Shown here piece by piece: positions 8,673 to 17,670 of a stretch of 32,000 nt of DNA; the stretch's first letter is position 1, and every line of letters begins with the position of its first letter. A program made the position numbers and the translations under genes. Source of the stretch: Synechococcus elongatus PCC 6301. Its GTDB lineage: Bacteria; Cyanobacteriota; Cyanobacteriia; Synechococcales; Synechococcaceae. Under the pieces are notes generated by a model that was not told the origin of the DNA, searched no databases, and saw only the letters and a list, made by a program, of their open reading frames with translations. The stretch covers positions 2,040,001 through 2,072,000 of the forward strand of contig NC_006576.1 of assembly GCF_000010065.1 (NCBI RefSeq), in the 5' to 3' direction.

Positions 8673-9095
8673 CTAAGCTTCGGAACTGGGACTCGCCGGA
8701 GTTTCAGTGTCTAACTTCAGCGAAGCCGAATTGAGGCAATAACGCTGTCCTGTAGGTTTCGGGCCATCGGGAAAGACATGTCCCAAGTGCGCATCGCAAC
8801 GGGCGCAAAGAATCTCAGTGCGCATCATCAGGAAGCTGAAATCTTTTTTGTAGGTGATCGCGGACTCATCAACCGGCGCCCAAAAGCTCGGCCAGCCAGT
8901 GCCGGAATCAAACTTGGTATCCGACCGGAACAGAGGCGCATCACAACAGATACACCGGTAGAGGCCGGGATCTTTGGTATCCCAATAGGCGCCCGTGAAA
9001 GCTCGCTCAGTCCCGTGTTTCCGAGTGACTTGAAACTGCTCAGGGGTGAGCTGGGCCCGCCACTCTTCTTCGCTTTTCCGAATTTTTTCGGTCAT
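8673..9095 (-). CDS. msrB: peptide-methionine (R)-S-oxide reductase
   Basis: 140 aa with MsrB signatures: [39 protein letters not shown], and the CxxC ... CxxC zinc motif (CICC / CARC) followed by GHVF. Confidence 0.93.
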   Translation of the reverse strand: MTEKIRKSEEEWRAQLTPEQFQVTRKHGTERAFTGAYWDTKDPGLYRCICCDAPLFRSDTKFDSGTGWPSFWAPVDESAITYKKDFSFLMMRTEILCARCDAHLGHVFPDGPKPTGQRYCLNSASLKLDTETPASPSSEA

Positions 9096-9147
9096 GGATC
9101 AGACGTTTCCGTAGTGCCTGCGATCCTAACAACTCGTTCTGAGGAAC

Positions 9148-9294
9148 TCAGCGGTTCTTGGAGGTCAGAATGCCGGTGAACATCATCACCAAACCGCCGA
9201 CAAAAACGACGATCGCCAGTCCCCCTGCGATCCAATCCATCCAGGCTGCATCGGGCATTTCAGACATGGTTGACTGGCTCAAAACTGCTCCCAT
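9148..9294 (-). CDS. small single-pass membrane protein, hypothetical
   Basis: The C-terminal part of ORF 9148..9411 encodes one clear TM helix (WIAGGLAIVVFVGGLVMMFTGIL) followed by TSKNR. Internal ATGs at 9294, 9267 and 9258 give 36-48 aa products. The Arg/Pro-rich upstream part of the ORF looks non-coding. It lies 52 nt upstream of msrB on the same strand. Confidence 0.35.
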   Translation of the reverse strand: MGAVLSQSTMSEMPDAAWMDWIAGGLAIVVFVGGLVMMFTGILTSKNR

Positions 9295-9495
9295 GGTGCC
9301 ATTCTTGCTGGGACAGTCCAAGTCGTGAGGCTCTGGCCGGCGCGATCGCGGGTGCTCGGCGCGATGTTTCCCTAGGCCGAATAGAGCAGACACTCTGTTT
9401 TTTCGTTGCATTCCGTTAAGGACTAGCCGAGGAATGGTTTGGCGAGTAACAGGGCTCGTTAGAGTCGATCTACTTGACGCCTCGCATTTGCCAGC

Positions 9496-10899
9496 ATGGC
9501 TGCCCTGTCAACTGCCTCCTCTCTTCAGTCATTCAGCGAGCTGCTGGCTTGGGTTCGTCCTGCTCTAGAGGCGACGCCAACGGCTCGACTCCTGAGCCTA
9601 TCGCTGCCGTTACCCCGTCTTGATCCGCTGGCTGCATGGGGTGTGTTGGGTAGTAGTCGCGATCGCCACTACTACCAAGAGCGTCCCGCCACCCAAGAGG
9701 CGATCGTGGCTGTAGGGCCAGCAGCCCTGCTGGAACTGAATGGACCCCAGCGCTTTCAGCAGGCCCAGACCTTTATCAATGCCTGTCTTGCTCAGGGGCT
9801 GCGCTTACAGGCCGAAGGTGCAACTCTAGGGCCGAGTTTCTGTTGCAGTTTTAGTTTTTTTGAAGATGTTGCAGGGACAGCGCCAGCAGCTCCGGCGACG
9901 GTCTTTTTGCCACGTTGGCAGGTGCGTTGCCAAGCTGATCGCACGGTACTGACGGCCAGTTTTGCAATCGCCGATCGCGAGAGCTATCGCCAACGGCTGG
10001 AAGAAGTCTGGCAGGTCTATCAACATCTGCGGGCGATCGCCCAGCAACCGTTTCAGCTGCCGCCGCTGCGTCCCAATCGCTGGCTAGAGCAACAGAGCAG
10101 TGATCCCCAGTCCTTTCGAGCCGGTGTAGAAACGGTCTTAGCTGAGATTGCGGCCGGTCGTCTCCATAAGGGCGTCTTGGCGCGCTGTCTAGAGGCGATC
10201 GCAGAATTTGCGATCGTGCCGGAAGGCGTGCTCGATCGCCTGCGGCAGCGTTTTGCTGACTGCGCCATCTTCAGCTGCGGCGATGGTCGGGGCAGTGTTT
10301 TCCTCGGGGCAACGCCCGAACGCTTAGCGGCGGTGGAAGCGGGTCAACTGGTGACTGAGGCGCTGGCGGGTTCTGCCCCACGGGGTGAAACCATTGCGGC
10401 TGATCAAGCCCTTGGGCAGGCGCTGCAAGCCAACCCCAAGGAACTGCAAGAACATCAGCTGGTGGCGCAATTTATCCGCCAAACCCTGCAGGAACTTGGC
10501 CTTGAGCCTCACTTGAGCGATCGGCCCCAACTGCGTCGCCTGTCGAACATTCAACACCTGCACACCCCGATCGCCGCTCCACTGCCCGCTGCTCTGCCTC
10601 TACTGGATGTTGTGGCTCAGCTCCATCCCACGCCAGCCGTTGCGGGGTTACCCAAGCAGGCTGCCGAACAGGCGATTCGTCGGCTGGAACCCTTTGAGCG
10701 ATCGCTTTACGCTGCACCGGTTGGCTGGGTGGATGACCAAGGAAACGGGGAATTCTTAGTCGGGATTCGCTCGGCGTCGATTCAAGGGAATCGGGTGCGT
10801 CTCTGTGCGGGTGCCGGCATTGTGCCGGGGTCTCAACCCGATCAGGAACTCGTTGAAGTCGATCTCAAGCTCCAGGCCATGCTCGGCGCGCTGATCTGA
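9496..10899 (+). CDS. menF: isochorismate synthase (phylloquinone pathway)
   Basis: 467 aa with chorismate-binding enzyme motifs in the C-terminal half (FLGATPERL, LAGSAPRG, KELQEHQLV, LHPTPAVAGLP, ERSLYAAPVGW, GIRSA, AGAGIV). Confidence 0.88.
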   Translation: MAALSTASSLQSFSELLAWVRPALEATPTARLLSLSLPLPRLDPLAAWGVLGSSRDRHYYQERPATQEAIVAVGPAALLELNGPQRFQQAQTFINACLAQGLRLQAEGATLGPSFCCSFSFFEDVAGTAPAAPATVFLPRWQVRCQADRTVLTASFAIADRESYRQRLEEVWQVYQHLRAIAQQPFQLPPLRPNRWLEQQSSDPQSFRAGVETVLAEIAAGRLHKGVLARCLEAIAEFAIVPEGVLDRLRQRFADCAIFSCGDGRGSVFLGATPERLAAVEAGQLVTEALAGSAPRGETIAADQALGQALQANPKELQEHQLVAQFIRQTLQELGLEPHLSDRPQLRRLSNIQHLHTPIAAPLPAALPLLDVVAQLHPTPAVAGLPKQAAEQAIRRLEPFERSLYAAPVGWVDDQGNGEFLVGIRSASIQGNRVRLCAGAGIVPGSQPDQELVEVDLKLQAMLGALI

Positions 10900-10927
10900 A
10901 TCTCGTCCCATCTGAGGAGATGCACTC

Positions 10928-11332
10928 ATGACTGCCCGTCTACTCTTGGCTTACCCAACCCCCGACAGTGCTCGCCCACTTAGTCGCGAGGCGATCGTGG
11001 CGCTGCTGCAAATGGGCTTGAGTGGCCCCGATGCTGACGCCAGCGTCGAAGGACTGGATCATCCGGCTTGGATCGCGGCGGTGCATTGGGATCCCAATCA
11101 TCTGTCGCCCGCCCAGCTCGGCCAGCGGATTCTCTTGCTGCTCGAACGCCATTGCGCCCCACCCTTGTCCCAGCGGCTGGTTTTGCAAGGGGAGCGTCAA
11201 CCTAGCAGTCCTCCGCCCTACGAAGCGCTCTGGCACGTCCAAGCCTGGGTCAAACAGCCCAACGGGCTGAGCTCCCAGCAGAGTGAGTCACAGTTTTGTC
11301 TATTGGGAACGGAACTGAATCAGGAAGTCTGA
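10928..11332 (+). CDS. hypothetical protein
   Basis: 134-aa ORF preceded by a good Shine-Dalgarno sequence (GAGGAGA at 10914..10920, 7 nt before the ATG). No family recognised. Its 3' end overlaps the convergent antiporter gene by 13 nt. Confidence 0.55.
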   Translation: MTARLLLAYPTPDSARPLSREAIVALLQMGLSGPDADASVEGLDHPAWIAAVHWDPNHLSPAQLGQRILLLLERHCAPPLSQRLVLQGERQPSSPPPYEALWHVQAWVKQPNGLSSQQSESQFCLLGTELNQEV

Positions 11333-12960
11333 AGCTCAGCAACAGTCTCCACCAGAATCATGGGAACCGTGCTGACATCCAACAGCGCTTGCGAGACGGA
11401 GCCGAGGCGCATTTCGGGGCGGTGTGATTGTTCGTGCTTGCCGAGAATGATTTCGTCGGCCTGCCACTCCTGGGCACAGCGATTAATGGTTTCGGGAATC
11501 GCCCCTTCCCGCAGCCAGAACTGATAGCGAATATCAGCGAGCGATTGCTCAATCTGCCGCTGCAAGGTTTGCAACGATTGTGTGTCACTGACTTGGGCGA
11601 CGTGAAGCACGGCCACTTCTGCATCGGAACGCCGGGCCAGTTCTGCCGTTTTGAGCAACACTGCGATCGCAACGGGTGAGCTATCGACAGCCGCTAGCAA
11701 GCGGACTGGGCGATCGCGACTAACCTGGCTGGGATCTACCGGATCGCGACTGAGTAGGCGAGGGGCAAAGGTCGGAATTGCCCAAGCTCCCAAGGGCGCG
11801 GTAATTACGATCGACAGCACTGCGATCGCCAGAATGCTCTGACCTTCCGGTAGCCCTGCGGCAAGGGGAACACCCCCAATCGCGGCTTGTACCGTCGCTT
11901 TAGCCGAATTGCCAGCGAGCAGAAAACTGCGCTCCTGCCAGTTCCAGTTGCTGCCCCAAGTGGAGAGCGCCCAACCGATACTGCGACCGAGCAGCGTTCC
12001 TAGAACCAAGATCAGCAGACCTGGCAACCAGAGACTTGCCAGCGCGGTTAGGGGTAAACCCGCTCCGAGCAGAACAAACAGGGCAATTTGGGCGATCGCC
12101 CAGAGACTATCGAAGCCCTGCCGTAGCCGACGCGCTAACGGGGCATACAGCTCCACCACGAAATAACCCAAGACCATCACGGCTAAATAGCCGGAAAAAA
12201 TCGGGAGCTGCTCGGCGGCAAGGACTAAACCCAGCGCGATCGCAGCTGTGACCAACGTGTCTTGGGTCAGGGTTTGGGTCCAGTTTTGGGGACCCAGCAT
12301 GCGAACCAGCAGTCGCGCCACAACGAAGCCCAAGACGGCACCCAAGCTAACTTGCAGAAGCACTTGCAACGGCAGCAACAGCCAAGGATTGACTGGCCCC
12401 AACCCCGGTAGCGTCCAAATGTGCGCATTGCCTTGGGTCAGCAGCGCCAGCAGCAGACTAAACACCAACAGCAGCAAGACATCTGAGAGGGCGCTCCCCG
12501 TTAAGATTGCATCGGGAATGCCCTTGCGAACCCCTAGTCCCAGTTGCTTGAGCCGCAGCATGCCTGGAACGATCACTGCGGGTGATTCCGCCCCAATCAC
12601 ACACCCCAGCAGCAGCCCTGTGAGCCAGTCAAAATTCAGCAGATAATGTGCCGCGATCGCAATCACTACGGCTTCGCAGGCCGCGGGCAAAATCCCTAAA
12701 CGCAGCGCGACTGAGCCTTGCTGGACCAGCTTGTCCCGCTCTAGTCCCAGACCTGCCTTGACCAGAATGACCATCACTGCCAAGGTGCGCCAGATGCCTG
12801 CCTGGTCAAGCACTGCAGGGCTCAACCACTGACTAACCTGCGGCCCCAACACGATACCCCAGAGAATCATGCCAATTAGCGCTGGGGCACCCAACCGACG
12901 CGCGATTTGACCGGCCAAAAAGCCGCCCAATAAAATTCCAATCCAATTCGCCAACATCAC
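11320..12960 (-). CDS. Na+/H+ (cation:proton) antiporter fused to a C-terminal universal stress protein (Usp) domain
   Basis: About 400 aa of polytopic membrane domain typical of CPA-type exchangers, then a soluble tail with Usp character (VRLLAAVDSSPVAIAVLLKTAELARRSDAEVAVLHV ... DEIILGKHE ... LGSVSQALLDVSTVPMILV). The start is GTG 12960 or the adjacent ATG 12957. Confidence 0.85.
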   Translation of the reverse strand: MMLANWIGILLGGFLAGQIARRLGAPALIGMILWGIVLGPQVSQWLSPAVLDQAGIWRTLAVMVILVKAGLGLERDKLVQQGSVALRLGILPAACEAVVIAIAAHYLLNFDWLTGLLLGCVIGAESPAVIVPGMLRLKQLGLGVRKGIPDAILTGSALSDVLLLLVFSLLLALLTQGNAHIWTLPGLGPVNPWLLLPLQVLLQVSLGAVLGFVVARLLVRMLGPQNWTQTLTQDTLVTAAIALGLVLAAEQLPIFSGYLAVMVLGYFVVELYAPLARRLRQGFDSLWAIAQIALFVLLGAGLPLTALASLWLPGLLILVLGTLLGRSIGWALSTWGSNWNWQERSFLLAGNSAKATVQAAIGGVPLAAGLPEGQSILAIAVLSIVITAPLGAWAIPTFAPRLLSRDPVDPSQVSRDRPVRLLAAVDSSPVAIAVLLKTAELARRSDAEVAVLHVAQVSDTQSLQTLQRQIEQSLADIRYQFWLREGAIPETINRCAQEWQADEIILGKHEQSHRPEMRLGSVSQALLDVSTVPMILVETVAELQTS

Positions 12961-13222
12961 GCTGATTCCTTCAATTCAGCTTGCGTGTGTGGCTAGGGAA
13001 AAGCTTGAACGATGCACTCGCTACAGATCTTGCCCTAGCCAGAACTGTAGGAGCCATCAGCGATCGGGCCATGCCGAGTGCGCGGTTGAGGTGAGCTCCA
13101 TCACCCTGCTTGTAGCTTACGGGATGGCGAGGGTGTGCAGCCAGCGCAGCGGCCAGATGTTCTTCAGCCAGCCCAACGATCTCGCCTGCAATGGACGAAC
13201 TTCCAGCTAGCGATCCTGATTG

Positions 13223-13666
13223 TCAGGCTTCCCGCAACCAGGCCCAGGCAACTTGATTGAGCTTCAGCCCGATCGCAAAAAGCAACCCCATTAGAAAGAT
13301 TTGGTGAGCAACGACCGGTTGTACGGCAATATCTGCCAAGAGATGGGAAAAGTTGAGAACGGAATAGAGAACGGTGAAGCCGAAATGCCAGCGACGGTAG
13401 GGGCGATCGCGGCGCTCGGCTGTCATGGCAATGAGCAACATCGGGATTGCAAAAAAGATCAGCATCCCCCAAAAGATCCCGCCGAGAATTTGGTCGGTCT
13501 GTTGGCTCTCGACCACAACTGTGCGGCCGTGAAAGAGCGGCATCAGCCCGAGCTGGGTGTGAAAAAGGATCCCCAGCAGGAAGCTACTCCAAAGGCTGAT
13601 GATCTGGAGCGGGCGATCGGGTTTCACGAGACGACACCAGCCAAGTTGTGCAACTAGCTTGCGCAA
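13223..13666 (-). CDS. hypothetical integral membrane protein (about 4 TM helices)
   Basis: 147-aa ORF with four hydrophobic segments (IISLWSSFLLGILF, GGIFWGMLIFFAIPMLLIAM, FGFTVLYSVLNFSHLLADI, IFLMGLLFAIGL). No family recognised. Confidence 0.6.
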   Translation of the reverse strand: MRKLVAQLGWCRLVKPDRPLQIISLWSSFLLGILFHTQLGLMPLFHGRTVVVESQQTDQILGGIFWGMLIFFAIPMLLIAMTAERRDRPYRRWHFGFTVLYSVLNFSHLLADIAVQPVVAHQIFLMGLLFAIGLKLNQVAWAWLREA

Positions 13667-13711
13667 TTCGGTCTAGGACTCTGCCGATTCACCCCATTCT
13701 TTTCAACTGTC

Positions 13712-14512
13712 TTATGAGGCGATCGCGATCGGGTGGGTTGCCGATGGTGCTACAACCTCGCCTTCCGCTAGAACCAGCAGATCACCCGGCTTGAGAACCG
13801 TCCAAACCTCGTCTTGGGTGAGGGGGCGGGTAGCAATGATGCTGACTACATCGCTGGGACTGGTGCAGCCAGAGAAATCGATCGCGTGATCTTCATCGAT
13901 CAAGCTGGCTCGGGTGAAGGGATAGCGCCGCGTCACCCACGCTAAAGCTGTTGAGCAATGGGCGTAGAGGTAGCGGCCGTCGCCCAATAGAAAGTTGACG
14001 ATGCTGGGGCTGGGAAAGCGATCGCTGAGGTCGCGCAGAATCGGTAGCACTTGCTCGGGCTGCGGTTCTGTTAAGTGGGTAAGGCGATCGAGGATCCAGC
14101 AGAACAGATGTTCGCTATCGGTCTCGCCTTGGGGCTGGTAGCGCCCCAGAGGACAGCGATCGCGCAGCAGGTCAAAGTCGATATGGCCATTGTGCGCAAA
14201 CACCCATTCGCGATCGCCCAGTCGCTGGGAAAAGGGGTGGCAATTGCGGCGATCGATCGTGCCTTGCGTCGCCTTGCGAATATGCGAAAGGGCTAGCTTG
14301 GATCGAATCGGGATTTTGCGAAATACATCGGCGAGGGGCGACTCGGCCGCTGGTTCTGGGTCCCGCACCCGCAGTAGGCGATCGCCCAGATAAAATGCAC
14401 AGCCCCAGCCATCGCGATGCTCTCCTGTCCGGCCACCTCGGGCCGAAAATCCCCGGAACGAAAAGCAGAGATCAGTGGGGGTGTTGGCACTCATCCCCAG
14501 GAGTTCGCACAT
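13712..14512 (-). CDS. class II (Ntn-type) glutamine amidotransferase, YafJ-like
   Basis: N-terminal MCELLGMS places the nucleophile Cys directly after the Met. Family-typical HRDGWG, HIRKAT.G and NCHPF ... FAHNG motifs are present. Confidence 0.85.
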   Translation of the reverse strand: MCELLGMSANTPTDLCFSFRGFSARGGRTGEHRDGWGCAFYLGDRLLRVRDPEPAAESPLADVFRKIPIRSKLALSHIRKATQGTIDRRNCHPFSQRLGDREWVFAHNGHIDFDLLRDRCPLGRYQPQGETDSEHLFCWILDRLTHLTEPQPEQVLPILRDLSDRFPSPSIVNFLLGDGRYLYAHCSTALAWVTRRYPFTRASLIDEDHAIDFSGCTSPSDVVSIIATRPLTQDEVWTVLKPGDLLVLAEGEVVAPSATHPIAIAS

Positions 14513-14688
14513 CGCTGTTCACCTCGGAACTGTGGGCTGCTGCTGATTTAACTCTAGGAGTCGATGGCGATTTTGCTACCGCCGTTGCTTTTTGCAAATT
14601 TTTCAACAGCGGTAAAGTAATCCGCCGTCGCGATCGCAGGTTTGAGACGAGACGACGACCTCAGCGACAATCGAAAGATTACTTGGGA

Positions 14689-15474
14689 ATGCCAATGTCT
14701 GATGCCATCCTCCGCCTTTACACCGATGGCGCTTGTACGGGCAATCCAGGGCCGGGCGGTTGGGGGGTGCAAATTCAATTTGCCGATGGCACGGTGCAAG
14801 AGCTGGGTGGGCGTGACGCTGCCACAACTAATAACCGGATGGAGTTGCAGGCTGCGATCGCGGCCTTAGAGTTCTGGCGCGATCACTCTGACCAGCAACC
14901 CGTCACCCTCTACACCGACAGCGAATACGTGATCAAAGGGATCACCCAATGGCTGAAGGGGTGGCAGCGCAAGGGTTGGAAAACGGCGGCGGGTAAGCCG
15001 GTGCTCAACCAGGACTTATGGATGCACTTGGATGACCTCAATTCACCCGCAGCGCAATGGCAATATGTGCGCGGCCATAGCGGCGATCCGGGCAATGAGC
15101 GTTGCGATCAAATTGCCCGTAGTTTTGCTCAGCAACGTCCGTTACCACTCTGCCAACGGTCTGATGCACCACTACAATCGGGGCAACCGCAGCAGGAGCC
15201 CGTTCGGATGCCTGAAGTTGTGACCCAAGAGTGGAGCAGTAACCCTCGCGATCGCAGTCAACGCCTGCGCGATGTGCTGGACTGCTTGCAAATTGCTGCA
15301 GCAATTGCTGAGCAGCAATTTTTGATCACGAGTTCAGAGCTGGCTGACCTGATGGATGTCAACGCCAGTGCGGTCACCAGTCGGGGCGAAGAGTGGATTT
15401 GGCGCAACTGGCGGGTGAAGCGCGATCGCCGTGAAGGCAATCAAATCCTCTGGCAGCTCGAGCGCATTCATTGA
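14689..15474 (+). CDS. rnhA: ribonuclease HI with a ~110-aa C-terminal extension
   Basis: From ATG 14689 (or 14695): MPMSDAILRLYTDGACTGNPGPGGWG, TTNNRMELQAAIAALE, LYTDSEYV, WQYVRGHSGDPGNERCDQIA. This is the complete DEDD RNase HI core in ~150 aa. The ORF then continues for ~110 more codons. The 98 codons upstream in the track ORF overlap the divergent amidotransferase gene and are rejected. Confidence 0.88.
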   Translation: MPMSDAILRLYTDGACTGNPGPGGWGVQIQFADGTVQELGGRDAATTNNRMELQAAIAALEFWRDHSDQQPVTLYTDSEYVIKGITQWLKGWQRKGWKTAAGKPVLNQDLWMHLDDLNSPAAQWQYVRGHSGDPGNERCDQIARSFAQQRPLPLCQRSDAPLQSGQPQQEPVRMPEVVTQEWSSNPRDRSQRLRDVLDCLQIAAAIAEQQFLITSSELADLMDVNASAVTSRGEEWIWRNWRVKRDRREGNQILWQLERIH

Positions 15475-15600
15475 CAGTGCTTCAGAGCAGGACCTGTGCC
15501 TAGTTCCGTAGTCCACCATTCCCCTGCGCTGATAAGTAGTATTACTTATCCCAAAAGCCAACCCTAGAGCACACTCTAGGGATCGTGCTAGATCAGGAGA

Positions 15601-15786
15601 ATGGAAAAAGGGTGGTTCCTGGCGATCGCAGCCAGCCTGATCGCTTGCTTGCTACTGGCGGATCTGCCGACCTTTCTTAGCCATCACACTTGGATGGGAC
15701 TCGTTGCTGATGGCATGGGGCTTTTGTTGTGGATCCTCGCGCCAGTGATTGCTGTTTGGATTGCGGCTCAAAACAGCCGTTACTGA
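15601..15786 (+). CDS. small two-helix membrane protein, hypothetical
   Basis: 61-aa ORF with a strong RBS (AGGAGA directly upstream of the ATG) and two hydrophobic helices (WFLAIAASLIACLLLADL, GLLLWILAPVIAVWIAA). Confidence 0.5.
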   Translation: MEKGWFLAIAASLIACLLLADLPTFLSHHTWMGLVADGMGLLLWILAPVIAVWIAAQNSRY

Positions 15787-15838
15787 AGCTGCCAGAGGGC
15801 TTCGGCTAAGGTGAAACTGCAGGCTCGGAGCAAAGTGC

Positions 15839-17050
15839 ATGCAAAGTGGCTGGCGGATTGGCTCCATTTTGGGCATCCCGCTCAGGATCGATCCTTCTTG
15901 GTTTGTGATCGTGGCACTCGTCACGTTCAGCTATTCCGAAACCTTCCGATCGCAGCAGCCGACTTGGTCGCCGGGGCTGTTGTGGGGGGCTGCCCTCGTC
16001 ATGGCCTTGCTGCTGTTTGCCTCTGTCTTGGCCCATGAGTTGGGGCACAGTCTGATTGCCCGCGCCCAAGGGATTCGCGTCAGCTCGATCACGCTCTTCC
16101 TCTTTGGTGGTGTCGCGGCCATTGAGCGCGAGTCGCGGACCCCGGGGGGCGCTTTTTGGGTCGCGATCGCGGGGCCGTTGGTCAGCTTTGCCTTGGCGTT
16201 GTTACTGCTGATCAGTCAGCTGTGGTGGCCAGCAGGTTCACCAGCGCAAGTTTTATCTCTCAATCTGGGGCGACTGAGCTTTATCTTGGCGGTGTTTAAT
16301 CTCATCCCGGGGTTGCCCTTGGATGGTGGTCAGGTGCTCAAGGCGATCGCCTGGAAAGTGACGGGCGATCGCTATCGGGCGGTGCATTGGGCTGCGAACT
16401 CAGGTCGGATTCTCAGTGCGATTGCCATGGCGATCGGGCTATTTAGCTGGTTTTTGGGGCCCGGCGGTTTTAGCGGCGTGTGGCTGGCGCTGTTGGGCTG
16501 GTTTGGCTGGCGTAATGCCACGGCCTACGATCGCACCACCACCTTGCAACAGGCGATCCTGGCGATCGGCGCCAGCGAAGCGATGAGTCGTCGCTATCGG
16601 GTGCTGGAAGGATCACTGACCTTACGGCAGTTTGCGGAGCTGCTGATCACTGAAGAGCAGGAAGGATTTGCCTACTTTGTGGCTAGTGACGGGCGCTATC
16701 GGGGTCGGATTAGCTTAGCGACCCTGCGGCAAACTGAGCGATCGCAGTGGGATCGGCTGACCTTAACGGATTTAGCAGAACCGTTCGACCGCTTGCCTGC
16801 GCTGCCCGAGACGGCCAATCTAGCCCAAGCGATCGCTGCTTTGCAAACAGCCCAGCCCAGCTACGTCACAGTTCTGACTCCCAGTGGCGCGGTCGCCGGC
16901 ATCATTGACCATGCCGATGTGATTCAAGCCCTCGGCAAAAAACTGGGCTTTCAGCTCCCCCCTGCCGAACTCCAGCAGATTCGGGGCCGTGCCGCCTATC
17001 CCGATGGACTGCCGCTAGAAATGCTGGCGCAGTCAGTTCTAAACAACTGA
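15839..17050 (+). CDS. site-2 protease family (peptidase M50) zinc metalloprotease with tandem CBS domains
   Basis: N-terminus GIPLRIDPSWF, HELGH zinc motif, NLIPGLPLDGG motif in a later TM segment, and a C-terminal pair of CBS-like repeats (AMSRRYRVLEGSLTLRQFA ..., VLTPSGAVAGIIDHADVIQAL). Confidence 0.88.
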   Translation: MQSGWRIGSILGIPLRIDPSWFVIVALVTFSYSETFRSQQPTWSPGLLWGAALVMALLLFASVLAHELGHSLIARAQGIRVSSITLFLFGGVAAIERESRTPGGAFWVAIAGPLVSFALALLLLISQLWWPAGSPAQVLSLNLGRLSFILAVFNLIPGLPLDGGQVLKAIAWKVTGDRYRAVHWAANSGRILSAIAMAIGLFSWFLGPGGFSGVWLALLGWFGWRNATAYDRTTTLQQAILAIGASEAMSRRYRVLEGSLTLRQFAELLITEEQEGFAYFVASDGRYRGRISLATLRQTERSQWDRLTLTDLAEPFDRLPALPETANLAQAIAALQTAQPSYVTVLTPSGAVAGIIDHADVIQALGKKLGFQLPPAELQQIRGRAAYPDGLPLEMLAQSVLNN

Positions 17051-17102
17051 AGTTGCCGGGCTGGCAGTGCTACGATCGCCGCCAAAAGCTTGGATTTGCA
17101 CG

Positions 17103-17540
17103 ATGGCTTTGACTGTAGGTACTGCTGCACCCGACTTTACCGCTCTCGATGATGCGGGCCAGAGCATTCAGCTCTCGCAATTCCGAGGCAAGACGATCGT
17201 TCTCTACTTCTATCCGAAGGACGATACCCCTGGCTGCACCAAAGAGGCTTGCAGCTTCCGTGATTCCTACAGCGCCTACCAAGGTAAAGACATTATTGTC
17301 TTGGGCGTCAGCACGGATGATTCCAGCTCCCACGAACAATTTAAGACCAAGTTCAGCTTGCCCTTCCCGCTGGTGGCGGACCCCGATCGCAGCATCACTC
17401 AGGCTTACGATGTCGATGGCGGCGGCTACGCCAAGCGCGTCACCTACGTGATTGACGGCGAAGGCCAAATTATTCGCGTCTACGACAGCGTCAAAACGGA
17501 CACCCATGCCGGCGACATCCTCGCTGACCTAGGACTCTAG
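17103..17540 (+). CDS. bcp: peroxiredoxin, Bcp/PrxQ type
   Basis: From the internal ATG 17103: MALTVGTAAPDFTALDDAGQSIQLSQFRGKTIVLYFYPKDDTPGCTKEACSFRD. This is the canonical PrxQ active-site context (PKDDTPGCT with the resolving Cys 5 residues later). Confidence 0.92.
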   Translation: MALTVGTAAPDFTALDDAGQSIQLSQFRGKTIVLYFYPKDDTPGCTKEACSFRDSYSAYQGKDIIVLGVSTDDSSSHEQFKTKFSLPFPLVADPDRSITQAYDVDGGGYAKRVTYVIDGEGQIIRVYDSVKTDTHAGDILADLGL

Positions 17541-17556
17541 GCGACCGCCCAGATCG

Positions 17557-17588
17557 GCGGGGTCAGGCAGTCCCTCGACCCCGCTTTT
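17557..17588 (+). terminator. probable rho-independent terminator of bcp
   Basis: GCGGGGTC (17557..17564) / GACCCCGC (17577..17584), a perfect GC-rich 8-bp stem with a 12-nt loop, then TTTT. It starts 17 nt after the bcp stop. Confidence 0.55.
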
Positions 17589-17670
17589 GGCCGTTCCCGA
17601 TGAGCCTTGACAGCCGATCAAACTGGAGTGTGTTTCCCTAGAGGCATCTGACCATTCAGTCTGGGCCTTC

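Noticed and set aside
12975-13215. 80-codon open frame on the minus strand in the antiporter upstream spacer (…IAGEIVGLAEEHLAAALAAHPRHPVSYKQGDGAHLNRALGMARSLM…)
   Set aside because: It is protein-like in composition but has no ATG/GTG/TTG start until 32 codons before its stop, and I recognise no family. It may be a gene remnant, but I cannot support it as a feature. The plus-strand 73-aa ORF 12989..13210 is Cys/Arg-rich and also looks spurious.
14395-14688. 98-codon N-terminal extension of the rnhA ORF
   Set aside because: It overlaps the 5' end of the divergent amidotransferase gene and its promoter region. The RNase HI fold starts precisely at the internal MPMSDAILRLYTDG (ATG 14689/14695).
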